A stretch of DNA of 64,000 nt from Candidatus Micrarchaeia archaeon (GTDB taxonomy: Archaea > Micrarchaeota > Micrarchaeia > Burarchaeales > Fermentimicrarchaeaceae), in the NCBI GenBank assembly GCA_038871515.1, contig JAVZHX010000001.1:288001-352000 (forward strand). Direction: 5' to 3'. Shown here one piece after another: positions 39,118-48,933 of this stretch. A model generated the notes under the pieces. That model did not search any database. It was not told where the DNA came from and was given only the letters and a program-made list of their open reading frames with translations. Within the stretch, counting starts at the first letter, position 1. Each line of letters starts with the position of its first letter. Position numbers and translations under genes: made by a program.

Positions 39118-39504
39118 ATGAAGGAGTTACTTGTGCTTGCAAAAGACAGAATAGGTTTGTTGGCAGACCTTTCAGCTGCGCTGGGGCAGGCAAATATCAA
39201 TATTGAATCCATCTCTGCTGACACAATAGGTGATAAAGCGGTTATCCACCTTGTTGTTTCAGATGAAGTAAAAGGAAAGGAAGTGCTTGAGAGGAAGGGG
39301 TTTATTGTGATGAGCTCGGATGCGCTTGTTGTGAAGGTGCTTGACAAACCAGGTGAGCTCTCCAAAGTTGCAAGAGTGCTTGCTGATGCGAAAATAAATA
39401 TAAAGAATGTTCAGCTTCTCACAAAGGAGGGAGAGATAGCTTTGTACATGCTGAGGGTGGATAACGTTAAAAGAGCTGAAAAGCTGCTTAAGGGTTATAT
39501 GTGA
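39118..39504 (+). CDS. Tandem ACT-domain protein
   Basis: DRIGLLA..NINIE and DKPGELSK..INI. Confidence 0.88.
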   Translation: MKELLVLAKDRIGLLADLSAALGQANINIESISADTIGDKAVIHLVVSDEVKGKEVLERKGFIVMSSDALVVKVLDKPGELSKVARVLADAKINIKNVQLLTKEGEIALYMLRVDNVKRAEKLLKGYM

Positions 39505-39977
39505 TGAGAAAGCTCACCTCTTTTCCTTCAAAGAGAAGCAACTCCCTTCTGGGATGGTATAAAGTGAAAAACCCTCTCAGAGTTGTTTTCAACTTCCTTC
39601 TTATTTACTCGGCAAGGTATCTTCCATCACTGAGCTTGAAGAATTTCTTTTATAGATTGACTGGGATGAAAGTTGGAAAGGATGTTGCAGTTGGGCTTGG
39701 TGCGGTTTTTGATATTTTCTTCCCTGAGCTTATTGAAATTGGGGATAACTGCATAATTGGGTATAACGCAACAATACTTGCTCACGAGTTCCTTCACAAG
39801 GAGCTGAGAGTTGGGAGGGTTAGAATTGGAAAGAACGTTCTCATTGGAGCGAACACAACTGTTCTTGCAGGCGTTACTATAGGGGATAACTCAAAAATAT
39901 CCGCATGCTCGCTTGTGAATGACGATGTGCCTGCAAACTCATTCTACGCAGGGGTGCCGGCAAGAGGAGTTAAATGA
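39501..39977 (+). CDS. Hexapeptide-repeat acyltransferase
   Basis: IGDNCIIG, IGKNVLIGAN, GVTIGDN, GVPAR. Confidence 0.88.
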   Translation: MMRKLTSFPSKRSNSLLGWYKVKNPLRVVFNFLLIYSARYLPSLSLKNFFYRLTGMKVGKDVAVGLGAVFDIFFPELIEIGDNCIIGYNATILAHEFLHKELRVGRVRIGKNVLIGANTTVLAGVTIGDNSKISACSLVNDDVPANSFYAGVPARGVK

Positions 39978-40642
39978 AAAACATTCTGTTTCTTATAATT
40001 GTCATAAATTTCATCGGAATGTTGTATGGTTATTATTACTATTACGAGCAGCTTACCTCATCACCTCTCTGGCTCTGGGTGTTTATACCTGACTGCCCTT
40101 TTTACGTAACCGTGTTCACACTTGTGCTGATTCTTGCGCTATTTGGATTTGAGAATAAACTGCTCAGCTGCATTGGGGCAGTTGGAATGATGAAGTATGG
40201 GGTGTGGACGTTACTTGCTTTACTGGTTTTTCATGAGTACTTTTTCTCAGAGTCTCTCTGGCTTCTCTCCTCCATTTTATTTATTCTCCATATTGGAATG
40301 TTTGCAGAAGGCCCTCTTTTAATTAATAAAAAGTTGAGCGGAAAGCACTTTCTTGCTACTTTAATTTGGTTTCTGATAAATGATTACTTTGATTACTTCC
40401 ACGGTTACACCAACCTGCTTGGTGAATACATTATTGGAACTCATCCTCTCCTTCCCTCCAAGGAAGGAGTTGTTCTTATGATGGTGCTCACGTTCGCGCT
40501 TACCTTTTTAATGAGTGGGTTTGCTTACTGGCTTTCGCTGATGGAGTTTTGGTGGCCAGCAAAAAAGGAAGTTGAAAGCACCGTAAAGGAGTTTCAGAAA
40601 AGCGCAAAAACAAGTAAGGGAAGAAGGAAGAGAAGAAGGTAG
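39974..40642 (+). CDS. DUF1405 membrane protein
   Basis: YYYEQL, FIPDCP, KYGVW, H.GM..E, ND..DY, HP. Confidence 0.8.
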   Translation: MKNILFLIIVINFIGMLYGYYYYYEQLTSSPLWLWVFIPDCPFYVTVFTLVLILALFGFENKLLSCIGAVGMMKYGVWTLLALLVFHEYFFSESLWLLSSILFILHIGMFAEGPLLINKKLSGKHFLATLIWFLINDYFDYFHGYTNLLGEYIIGTHPLLPSKEGVVLMMVLTFALTFLMSGFAYWLSLMEFWWPAKKEVESTVKEFQKSAKTSKGRRKRRR

Positions 40643-41298
40643 TCAGACAACCCCATCCTCAGCTCAACCTCAAAGTTTATTCTTTCTGAGTCAAACCCGC
40701 GGGACTCCAGCGAAACCGCAAGCTGGGAGGAACGTTTGAGAGAGGAGTGAAGCAACGGGATTATCAGGGGGAGAGGAAGGGAGAAGGGAGAGGGAGAGTA
40801 ACCTCTCATCACTTGGGAGATGCGTATTCTCTCCACCTCCTGCTGCATAAAGGGTACGAAGTGAACAGCTATTATGAATGCGAATGCTATATCGCCAGGA
40901 GTTTTGAAGAAAACAAGCGCTTGAAGAATTTTCTTCATTTCTGTTGTGTATACCATCAACAGTGAGATTAAGAAGATATTGAGAAAAAATAGGGAGGTGA
41001 GAACTCCAAGCAAAGCTCCTGAGTAGGAGTGAATTAGTATATGCAGTACTGCAGGAAGCAGTATGAGCAGCCAACCTTTTCCCAAATCCTTAACTGGTTG
41101 CGCCAGCGGTATTTCAGCGATGATGTAAAGAAGTGGTATAACCAGGGATGTTGCGATTAGGATTTCAAAACTCTGTCTAAGGATAAGCAGGAAGAGAAGA
41201 AATATTAAGTAGAGTATTTTCACCCTTGCGTCAATTTTATGAACCAATGAATTTCGTGGGATGTATGCAATCAATTTCTTACCCTCTTCAGCACACAC
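40594..41298 (-). CDS. ecfT: ECF transporter transmembrane T component
   Basis: HKIDARVK, SQVMRG, LESRGF. Confidence 0.88.
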   Translation of the reverse strand: MCAEEGKKLIAYIPRNSLVHKIDARVKILYLIFLLFLLILRQSFEILIATSLVIPLLYIIAEIPLAQPVKDLGKGWLLILLPAVLHILIHSYSGALLGVLTSLFFLNIFLISLLMVYTTEMKKILQALVFFKTPGDIAFAFIIAVHFVPFMQQEVERIRISQVMRGYSPSPFSLPLPLIIPLLHSSLKRSSQLAVSLESRGFDSERINFEVELRMGLSDYLLLFLLPLLVFALF

Positions 41299-42032
41299 GG
41301 AATTTTCAAACCATACTGCTCAATTTTTGGATTAGAAAGAACCTTTCTGGGAGCTCCATCAAGCGCTATTCTCCCATCTTTTAAAACAATCACTCTTTTA
41401 GCATTTTCAAGCAACATCTCCGTATCGTGCTCAACAACAACAATTGTTCTTCCCTCTTTGTTCAAACTCCCAAGAAATTTATACAGCTCAACTGCAGCAC
41501 CAAAATCAAGGCTGGAGGAGGGCTCGTCAAGAAGTATCACCTCTGGCTCCATAGCAAGAGTTGATGCAATCGCAAGCTTCTGCTTCTGCCCCTCTGAAAG
41601 GTTGTTTGGGTCATCATTGATGAAGGAGTGCAAGCCAAATAAACGTAGATACTTATCAACTCTTCTCCTCACCTCCTCTCTCGGGAGCTTTCTGTTTTCA
41701 AGAGCAAATGCAACTTCGTCTCTCACTTTCATTGAGAATATTTGGGAGTTCGGATCCTGAAGCACTATCCCCACTTTCTCAGAAAGCTCACTCACTTTTG
41801 TTTGCTTCGTGTTCATTCCATCAACAACAACCTCCCCGCGAAAGTTTCCCTGTATTAAATTTGGTATAACCCCATTCATCGTAAGAAGCAGCGTGCTCTT
41901 TCCGCTGCCAACCGGGCCAATGATACCAATAAAGTCGCCTTTTGGTATGGAAAGATTTATTCTCTCAAGCACCTTTTTTCCAGTATACGAGAAAGTTAGG
42001 TTGCGTATGGTGATCAGCTTACCACCTTGCAT
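41271..42032 (-). CDS. ecfA: ECF transporter ATPase
   Basis: GPVGSGKS, LQDPNSQIF, LSEGQKQK, LLDEP. Confidence 0.92.
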   Translation of the reverse strand: MQGGKLITIRNLTFSYTGKKVLERINLSIPKGDFIGIIGPVGSGKSTLLLTMNGVIPNLIQGNFRGEVVVDGMNTKQTKVSELSEKVGIVLQDPNSQIFSMKVRDEVAFALENRKLPREEVRRRVDKYLRLFGLHSFINDDPNNLSEGQKQKLAIASTLAMEPEVILLDEPSSSLDFGAAVELYKFLGSLNKEGRTIVVVEHDTEMLLENAKRVIVLKDGRIALDGAPRKVLSNPKIEQYGLKIPCVLKRVRN

Positions 42033-42855
42033 ATCTATTTACAAACCCAAATTTAAAAGCAAGCATCCAGGCGAGTATTGTTTCAACTGCACCCTGAAAA
42101 GCATTCCAACCAAATATTAGGTACCAGGGAACAGATGCCATTAACTTCTCTGGGGAGATGTGGAAGAAAAGAGGTCCTGCGAAGTAGTAGTTTGAAACAA
42201 CCATCGCTATTCCCCTGACAAGTATGCTGATGATGAGCAGTATCGCCACAGCCCGGGCATCTGCAAAAACAAGCGGGGTTAACCCCTTTGAGTATTTCCC
42301 CCAGAAATGAAGAAGAATAAAGCAGAACACCGTTATAGCAAGTATTGGAAGCAACCCAAGCAGAATGTCTGAAACGGTAACACGCACCCCTGAAAAACCA
42401 GCAGCTTCAAAACGGGGGAGGAGGTAAACTGTGGTGTTTGAAAGCGGAAGGGTGGATTTTCCGATAAGGTTGATGTGTATTGAAACCAAAAATAGCATAA
42501 GAGAGATGAAAAGCGCGAAGAAGATGTTTATTAAAACTCTGCCAAGAGTGAAACCCTTTCTTACAGAAAGCATCCAGAAAGCAGGGATGAGGAACATTGG
42601 AACTGTTGCTGCGAACTTCATGCTCGCCCCAAGCCATGTTTCAGGTGATATGAGTGTTATTATAAGCGCTGTGAGAATGGATGTATAGAAAGCTGCATCA
42701 AGCCCAAAAAGAAAGAAGGCGAGCATTATCGGAACTCCAACCAAATCAACAGTCATCCCAAACCCAGTTTGTATTCCTATTATTCCATGAGAGAATTGAA
42801 AGACTGCTGCTATCGCGGATAGCATAGCAACGGCAGTCAGCTTATATGTTTTCAT
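42019..42855 (-). CDS. ECF transporter substrate-binding S component (enlarged)
   Basis: AMLSAIA, DLVGVP, multi-TM; first gene of the S-A-T operon. Confidence 0.72.
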   Translation of the reverse strand: MKTYKLTAVAMLSAIAAVFQFSHGIIGIQTGFGMTVDLVGVPIMLAFFLFGLDAAFYTSILTALIITLISPETWLGASMKFAATVPMFLIPAFWMLSVRKGFTLGRVLINIFFALFISLMLFLVSIHINLIGKSTLPLSNTTVYLLPRFEAAGFSGVRVTVSDILLGLLPILAITVFCFILLHFWGKYSKGLTPLVFADARAVAILLIISILVRGIAMVVSNYYFAGPLFFHISPEKLMASVPWYLIFGWNAFQGAVETILAWMLAFKFGFVNRYARW

Positions 42856-42891
42856 AACTCAGCAATAGAACTTTTACTCTTTTAAATTTAA

Positions 42892-43965
42892 TTACTCAAA
42901 AAAGTGTAATCCTTGAATTTCCACATTCCACAGCCCAATGCTCTTTGCATAGCTCACTGCTTCGTTATACTCCTCCCTTGTTATCCTTCTTGAAATTTCA
43001 GGTATCTGCATTGCTCTGTACTCCGGTCTGTACTGGCTCATTATATTAACTCTAACCCTATCGCCGAGGTTTTTTGCTATCCAGTTTAAAACTGGTTTTG
43101 AGCAGCACTCCACGTGGTTGGGCAGAACAAGATGCCTGTAGAGTATTTCCGCATGCTCAACTGCAAGAAGGCTGTTTCTTGTGAGGGTTTTCCAATAACC
43201 TTTTGGGAAAAGGGAAAGCTTCCTTGCGCATTCATCATTTCCATACTTAAAGTCAGCAAGGTATACGTCAACAACTCCGTTCAGCAGCTCCATTGCTTTT
43301 TCAGACATAATCATATTGCTGTTCCATATAACCGGAATGTTAACTTCACATTCATTCAAAGCAGCAAGTATGTTATGTAAATTCGGGGTTGGCTCACCTC
43401 CGACAAGATTCAAATTTCTCACTCCAAATTTTCTATGGTATTCAACCCACTCCGCAATCTTTTTTGGAGACCAGACTGAACCACTCTGGGGGTATTGGCT
43501 TATCTCCCAGTTCTGGCAGTACTGGCAGCTCATATTGCAACCTGAAAAGAAGATTGTTCCGGAGGGAACCAGCTCTGGCTCCTCCCCAATGTGCTCGAAC
43601 GCAGATGAAACGCGTGAGTCAGAAGCAACTCTGCACCAACCAAGCCCACCTTTTTTTCTATTCACTTTGCAGGCTCTCTCGCAGAACTCACACTTCTCAA
43701 GCATTTTCTCAGCAATGCGCTGCTTCAACTCAAGTAAATTCGGGTGAACTTCCTTCTGTTTTGGTTGGTTAAGAAGAGAAGGAAATTTTTTAATTAATCT
43801 CTCGTGCTCCTCCCAACACTCCTTATAATTATCTGAAATTCTTGCGGGGATGGATTTACACAGCATGAAGCGAGCTGGCTTCTCATCTCTCATAACTTCA
43901 ACGTATCTCCCAAGCGCCTTTTGTATTCCCGCATCCTCAAAAACAGACATAAAACTATTTCTCAA
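42892..43965 (-). CDS. Radical SAM protein (PflX-like)
   Basis: CEFCERACKVNR, HIGEEPELVPSGTIFFSGCNMSCQYCQN, GGEPTP. Confidence 0.88.
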   Translation of the reverse strand: MRNSFMSVFEDAGIQKALGRYVEVMRDEKPARFMLCKSIPARISDNYKECWEEHERLIKKFPSLLNQPKQKEVHPNLLELKQRIAEKMLEKCEFCERACKVNRKKGGLGWCRVASDSRVSSAFEHIGEEPELVPSGTIFFSGCNMSCQYCQNWEISQYPQSGSVWSPKKIAEWVEYHRKFGVRNLNLVGGEPTPNLHNILAALNECEVNIPVIWNSNMIMSEKAMELLNGVVDVYLADFKYGNDECARKLSLFPKGYWKTLTRNSLLAVEHAEILYRHLVLPNHVECCSKPVLNWIAKNLGDRVRVNIMSQYRPEYRAMQIPEISRRITREEYNEAVSYAKSIGLWNVEIQGLHFFE

Positions 43966-44019
43966 ACGTGATATTTAATTATAAGGAATGTTTTTAAATG
44001 AGAGAAAGAAAATTGATTT

Positions 44020-44487
44020 ATGATGAGGGGGCAGAGCGCAGTTGAGTATCTTTCTGTTTATGCAGTTGCATTCATAATAGTCCTAGTTGTTCTCGCAGCT
44101 GTTTACTATGTTTGGAATGCTAACCAAACAGTCACCCCTCACTGTGAGCTTACTGTTGATTTGTACTGCACTGATTTCTATATACGGCAGAATGGAAGTT
44201 TAGTTCTTATGATGAGGCAAACCACTGGGCATCCAATAAGGGTGACTGGTTTCAACTGCACGGCTCAGAGCAATGATGCAATGGTGACAAAAGCAATGGA
44301 TGTTTATATGAATGATGGAGAGCTGAAAACGGTTGTTTCAGAGGAACCTTGCTACAGAGTTGGCGGTGAGATTGCAACTGGAAGCGCGGGGAGTTTTTAC
44401 AGCGGAAGAATTTATATAAAATACACGGAAGCAGACACGGGATTCTCCCACTCCATTGTTGGTAAAATAGTTGCAAGGTATGAATAA
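44020..44487 (+). CDS. Class III signal peptide (pilin-like) protein
   Basis: MRGQSAVEYL followed by a hydrophobic helix. Confidence 0.78.
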   Translation: MMRGQSAVEYLSVYAVAFIIVLVVLAAVYYVWNANQTVTPHCELTVDLYCTDFYIRQNGSLVLMMRQTTGHPIRVTGFNCTAQSNDAMVTKAMDVYMNDGELKTVVSEEPCYRVGGEIATGSAGSFYSGRIYIKYTEADTGFSHSIVGKIVARYE

Positions 44488-44526
44488 ATTTATAAACAGC
44501 TGAGAAGAAATAGAAGTGGTGAGCAG

Positions 44527-45054
44527 ATGAGAAGAGCGCAGGCGGCAATGGAGTATCTTATAACTTATGGATGGGCAATACTGATAATGCTGGTAGTTGT
44601 TGGAGTGCTGTTTTACTTGGGAGTTTTCAGCCCCAGAGGAGTTTCCGGTTGCAGCTTCCAGTCACCTGGTTTCACCTGCTATGCGTATAAGCTCACTGCA
44701 AACACCTCTGATGCAAGTGGTTTAATCCTCGATTTGGGACAGGCAACTGGGCATGATATAAAGGTGGTTGGGTTCAACTGCACAACTGCTGAGACATGGA
44801 CGCTGACTGACTTCAGTCCATTACCTGGTTTCCTGAACGCATCTAACGTCACAATTCCATCAGGAAGCCACAAACCACTTAATGGAACTTCAACTGCTCC
44901 AAGACCACTTCCCTGCTGGAAATCAGATGGCAGCATGATTGGGCCTGGCGATATGGATCAGTATTACAAAGGAAAAATATACATTCATTACATTGATTTG
45001 GAAACAAACATGGATCATAAGGTTACTGGCGACATTTCAGGTAGAATAGAGTAG
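44527..45054 (+). CDS. Class III signal peptide (pilin-like) protein
   Basis: MRRAQAAMEYLITYGWAIL; paralog of the preceding gene (QATGHDI..VGFNCT). Confidence 0.8.
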   Translation: MRRAQAAMEYLITYGWAILIMLVVVGVLFYLGVFSPRGVSGCSFQSPGFTCYAYKLTANTSDASGLILDLGQATGHDIKVVGFNCTTAETWTLTDFSPLPGFLNASNVTIPSGSHKPLNGTSTAPRPLPCWKSDGSMIGPGDMDQYYKGKIYIHYIDLETNMDHKVTGDISGRIE

Positions 45055-45073
45055 CTGCTTCTCAGGTGGTTGC

Positions 45074-45703
45074 GTGCTGAAATCAAGCTTCTGGGAATTT
45101 TGCAATAGAGTCAGCATTAAACTTGGAATAATTTTCTCAAAAATTCCAATTTCTGCAAACACGTGGACTCTGCTCTCACTGGTGCCTGCTTTGCTTGGTT
45201 TTGTTTTTCTTTTGTATAAACAAATGGATGCTGCTCTGCTTCTATTTGCAGTTTCAGCTTTAATAGATGCAATAGATGGGGGAGTTGCAAGGGTGACTGG
45301 AACAGTGAGCAACCTTGGAGCGTATCTTGATGGTATGATGGATAGAGTTGTTGAGGGGTTGCTTCTGATTGGGATAATGCTTCACGGGATACCTGATTTA
45401 GCTATTGGTGGTTTCACAACTCCTTCCTTCCTCTGGATTGCGCTCCTGCTCTTCTTCGGCTCTGTTATGGTGAGCTACTCAAGAGCATACGCAGTTTACA
45501 GAAGAGCAATACGGGATAGCGAAGTTGTTTCGCGCATGCCAGGAGTTTTGGAAAGGGCTGAACGCCTCATACTGATATTCATTGGTATGGCGCTTTATAG
45601 GTTCAACCCATTATATCTTACTTACTCAATTGCTTTGGCAAGCGTGCTTTCAATAATAACAGTTATGCAAAGAATGCTTTTCACAATAAGAAATGCAGAG
45701 TGA
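45074..45703 (+). CDS. CDP-alcohol phosphatidyltransferase
   Basis: DAIDGGVAR...GAYLDGMMDR, SYSRA, ERAER. Confidence 0.9.
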   Translation: MLKSSFWEFCNRVSIKLGIIFSKIPISANTWTLLSLVPALLGFVFLLYKQMDAALLLFAVSALIDAIDGGVARVTGTVSNLGAYLDGMMDRVVEGLLLIGIMLHGIPDLAIGGFTTPSFLWIALLLFFGSVMVSYSRAYAVYRRAIRDSEVVSRMPGVLERAERLILIFIGMALYRFNPLYLTYSIALASVLSIITVMQRMLFTIRNAE

Positions 45704-45707
45704 TTGA

Positions 45708-46364
45708 ATGAGAGTCGATATGCACATACACACAATCTACTCTGGCGATTCAATCTGCAAGCCAGAAAGCATAATAAAATATGCAAAAAAGAGAGGGCTT
45801 GATGGAGTTGCTGTCACAGACCATAATAAAACAGATGCATGGATAAAAATGTTAAATGAAGGAGTGAGGGCGGGGATAGTGGTTATACTTGGGGAGGAGA
45901 TTGAAGTTGAGCAGAACGGAAAGGTAATAGGTGAAGTGCTAGGCTACTTTCTTGCTGAGGAGGTTAAAAGGGGGGAGCTTGGCAACGTTTTAGATGAAAT
46001 AGCAAGCCAGGGGGGAATCGCAGCTCTGCCCCATCCGTTCTGCTTCTGGAGAGGTATGAAAGCAGATTTAGGTGGAATTGCAAAAAAGGTGGATGCGGTT
46101 GAAGTTTTCAACTCAAGAATGTATTTCAACTCTCAAAACAGAAATGCTTTGGAATTAGCTAGAAAGCACAAGCTTGCGGAAATAGGGGGGAGCGATGCGC
46201 ATACGTGCTGGGAGGTTGGAAATGCGTATACACACGCTGAAGCAGATGGGGTTGAGGAGTTCAGGAAAGCAATAATGAAAAGAAAAACAAAGGCTGAAGG
46301 AAAGCTCACAAACCCACTTATAAGATTTCTATCACACCTTTCAAAAATTGGAGTGAAACGCTAA
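45708..46364 (+). CDS. PHP-domain phosphoesterase
   Basis: DMHIHT, VTDHN, PHPF, GGSDAH. Confidence 0.9.
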   Translation: MRVDMHIHTIYSGDSICKPESIIKYAKKRGLDGVAVTDHNKTDAWIKMLNEGVRAGIVVILGEEIEVEQNGKVIGEVLGYFLAEEVKRGELGNVLDEIASQGGIAALPHPFCFWRGMKADLGGIAKKVDAVEVFNSRMYFNSQNRNALELARKHKLAEIGGSDAHTCWEVGNAYTHAEADGVEEFRKAIMKRKTKAEGKLTNPLIRFLSHLSKIGVKR

Positions 46365-48787
46365 CCTCCTTTCTTTATCAGCGACTTTCCTCTTGGAGTC
46401 AACTTGTAGAAAACCCACTTCCTCCCATCAACTTCTATCTTTTCAACAAGCTCCGCCTCCCTGAGTTTGTCCAAGTGCTCAACAATTGTTGCTTTGCTTT
46501 TGTTCAGCTTTGAGCTTATATCAGTTGGCGTTCTCTCCCCCTCTGCAAGCGTGTTCAGTATCTGCAACCTTGTTTCAGATGAAAGAACCTTGTGAAGCTC
46601 CGCCTCATCCCCCTCCTGCGGGGAGTATTTTTTCAGTATATTGAGGAGAATGAAAACAACAAAGAATGCAAGTGCTATGCTGACTGGGATAAGGATGATG
46701 GATGAAAGCTCAGGAGTCCCTCCACCGGTTGCATTTGTTTGTGTTATTCCCGGCGTTTGCGTTGTTTCAGATGGGACAACCTGTATAACTTCACCTTGGC
46801 TGCAGAGTATAGCATCCTCTCCAACAGAAAGATAGTTTGCCGTTTCTGGGTTGTTTATCAACTCAAAATATTCGTCTGAACCAAATGAAACTGTTCTTGT
46901 TGGTTGCTCCTCACCGCACGCAGTATCCTTCCAAACTCCTCCTACTGAAACAAAAGTTTTATCGCCTACTGCTTTTGTTCCTTCAACATACTGCGCAATT
47001 CCAGTTGTGCTTTCTGCTGATTTGTACGCACTTGTAACTCCAAACGCCCCTCCTCCAACTGCAGCTGCCATCGGCATAATACCTACATCTCTTTTTCTTG
47101 TTGTTCCCTCTGGTGAAACTACAAGATAGGAGGTGTAGGGAGTTGGTATCCCATACTTCGTTGCAAGTGAAGTAACCTCCTGCTTCAGCTGAGGGGTTTC
47201 TCCTTCAAGCATTATTTGGTCAAGCAGATAGCCAACCCTTCTCAATGCCCATGTTCTCTCAACAAAGCTGTTTGACGAGCTTTGAGGGAAGTATACCTCA
47301 TACGTCCACTCCTTTCTGCTTTCGCCAACAAACCCCTCAAGATGAACTACTGCACGTCCAGAGCCGTTATACCTTCCTGCTACAACCAGCTGGGTTCCAA
47401 GAAAAACATCAGGTATTCTCCTTGGGAGCACATCGTAAACAGGGTAATCAAATCTCAATTTAACATTGGAGAGAAGAGGTGTTGCTATTCTATCGTAAAA
47501 TGATTTCAAAGTAACCTCAAGCTCTGCTTCATTCTTTATATATGTTGGAATTCCATCCCCAAATTCATTTGCCAGCTTATCCAGCAGTTCAAAGTCTGCA
47601 TCATCCCCAACTCCAAACACAAATACTTTGAAACCGCTTTTTCCACTCAAACTCTTTATTATCTCTGCTCTTGAATGCCCAGTTGTATCCCTTCCATCTG
47701 TCAGTAAAACTACTATGTGCACTCTTGAGTCATTCTGAAACTCCTGAACAGCTGCCAGAAGCGAGTCCTGGATGTTTGTTGAGCCCTCAGCAATCAAATT
47801 ATCTATGAACTCCTTCGCCTCTTTAATTGAAGCAACTCCCTCAAGCTTCCCTGAGAATGCTTTGTGGGTGCTTGAGAAAGCAATCACGTCAAACCTGTCC
47901 ACTCCATTCAGCTTATCCAACCCATATTTCAAAGCTCTTTTTGCCTGCTCAATTTTCACCCCCTCCATACTGCCAGAGGTGTCAATTACGAAAACAACGT
48001 CCTTTGGCAGTGAGGTTTGGTTAACAATTGAAGGATAGATGAAAAGAAGAAAGTAACCGCTCTCCCCTGTTTTGTGAGCAAGCAGTTTAACATCATACTC
48101 CCTTTCTGTAATCCCGTAGTATAACTGAAAATCCTTATCAGGAAGAACCTTCTCCTCATAATAAGTAGCTGTTGCCTTTCCTTTCCCTTCCCTCTCAACT
48201 GTTATATTGTGGGTTGGCGAGTAAATGAAGCCAAGGGTGCCTGGCGCATTTATTTTAACCGTTATATTCACTGGGTCTATTGGCTTTGTTGAATACCTTT
48301 CTGGGCTGAGCGGATACATGTAGGAGTAAACCCCTCCGCTGGATTGAATTATCTGCTCATATGTTATAACTACTTTGACAACTTTTCCCTTTGGAAGAAC
48401 AATACTTGAGGAGAATGCATCCCTTCCAACATATTCAAGCAGCGAGGCATCTCTTCTCTCAATTACATACTGCTGGTAAAGCTTCTTTGCCTCCTCTTTT
48501 CCAAGCAATCTTCCCTCAAGTGTTTTGCCGTCAACTATTAATTTAACATCTCTTATTCCTCCGCCTGGAACTGGGAAAACATATGTTCCCTCCAAATCCC
48601 TGTAACCATCATTTTTGAACTCCTGCTCAACACGAGTGTAGGCATACGTATCATTTATTGTAACGGTTACATAGTGATTGAGTATAAGCGGATACGGATC
48701 CTCGTGATGGTGCGGTATCACCACTCCATCAGAAGCGACAAGAGTTGTAAGCAGAAAAACTGCCACAAAGAAAAACTTTGGCTTCAT
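46361..48787 (-). CDS. Signal peptide-VIT-vWA-TM-ArsR-type wHTH protein
   Basis: Hydrophobic N-terminus; VIT (LEGTYVFPVP, LLEYVG); MIDAS DTSGS/GST/LTDG; TM about aa 697-718; wHTH SETRLQIL..PTDIS..KSKATIVEHLDKLREAELV. Confidence 0.85.
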   Translation of the reverse strand: MKPKFFFVAVFLLTTLVASDGVVIPHHHEDPYPLILNHYVTVTINDTYAYTRVEQEFKNDGYRDLEGTYVFPVPGGGIRDVKLIVDGKTLEGRLLGKEEAKKLYQQYVIERRDASLLEYVGRDAFSSSIVLPKGKVVKVVITYEQIIQSSGGVYSYMYPLSPERYSTKPIDPVNITVKINAPGTLGFIYSPTHNITVEREGKGKATATYYEEKVLPDKDFQLYYGITEREYDVKLLAHKTGESGYFLLFIYPSIVNQTSLPKDVVFVIDTSGSMEGVKIEQAKRALKYGLDKLNGVDRFDVIAFSSTHKAFSGKLEGVASIKEAKEFIDNLIAEGSTNIQDSLLAAVQEFQNDSRVHIVVLLTDGRDTTGHSRAEIIKSLSGKSGFKVFVFGVGDDADFELLDKLANEFGDGIPTYIKNEAELEVTLKSFYDRIATPLLSNVKLRFDYPVYDVLPRRIPDVFLGTQLVVAGRYNGSGRAVVHLEGFVGESRKEWTYEVYFPQSSSNSFVERTWALRRVGYLLDQIMLEGETPQLKQEVTSLATKYGIPTPYTSYLVVSPEGTTRKRDVGIMPMAAAVGGGAFGVTSAYKSAESTTGIAQYVEGTKAVGDKTFVSVGGVWKDTACGEEQPTRTVSFGSDEYFELINNPETANYLSVGEDAILCSQGEVIQVVPSETTQTPGITQTNATGGGTPELSSIILIPVSIALAFFVVFILLNILKKYSPQEGDEAELHKVLSSETRLQILNTLAEGERTPTDISSKLNKSKATIVEHLDKLREAELVEKIEVDGRKWVFYKLTPRGKSLIKKGG

Positions 48788-48836
48788 AATACCACCAAAT
48801 AGTTAAGTGAGGAGGTTATTTATACTCTATACGTTT

Positions 48837-48858
48837 TTGTTAGGTTTTCACCGAACAA
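48837..48858. promoter_or_regulatory. Imperfect palindrome just upstream of the TATA box of the VIT-vWA-wHTH gene
   Basis: TTGTTAGGT-TTTC-ACCGAACAA; minus-strand TATAAATA at 48817-48824. Confidence 0.45.
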
Positions 48859-48933
48859 TAATTTTGAAGCCTAAAACTGAATGCTTGGAGCAACAAACAG
48901 CAGTAGTTAAATAGTGTTTTCGCTCAAATACAT

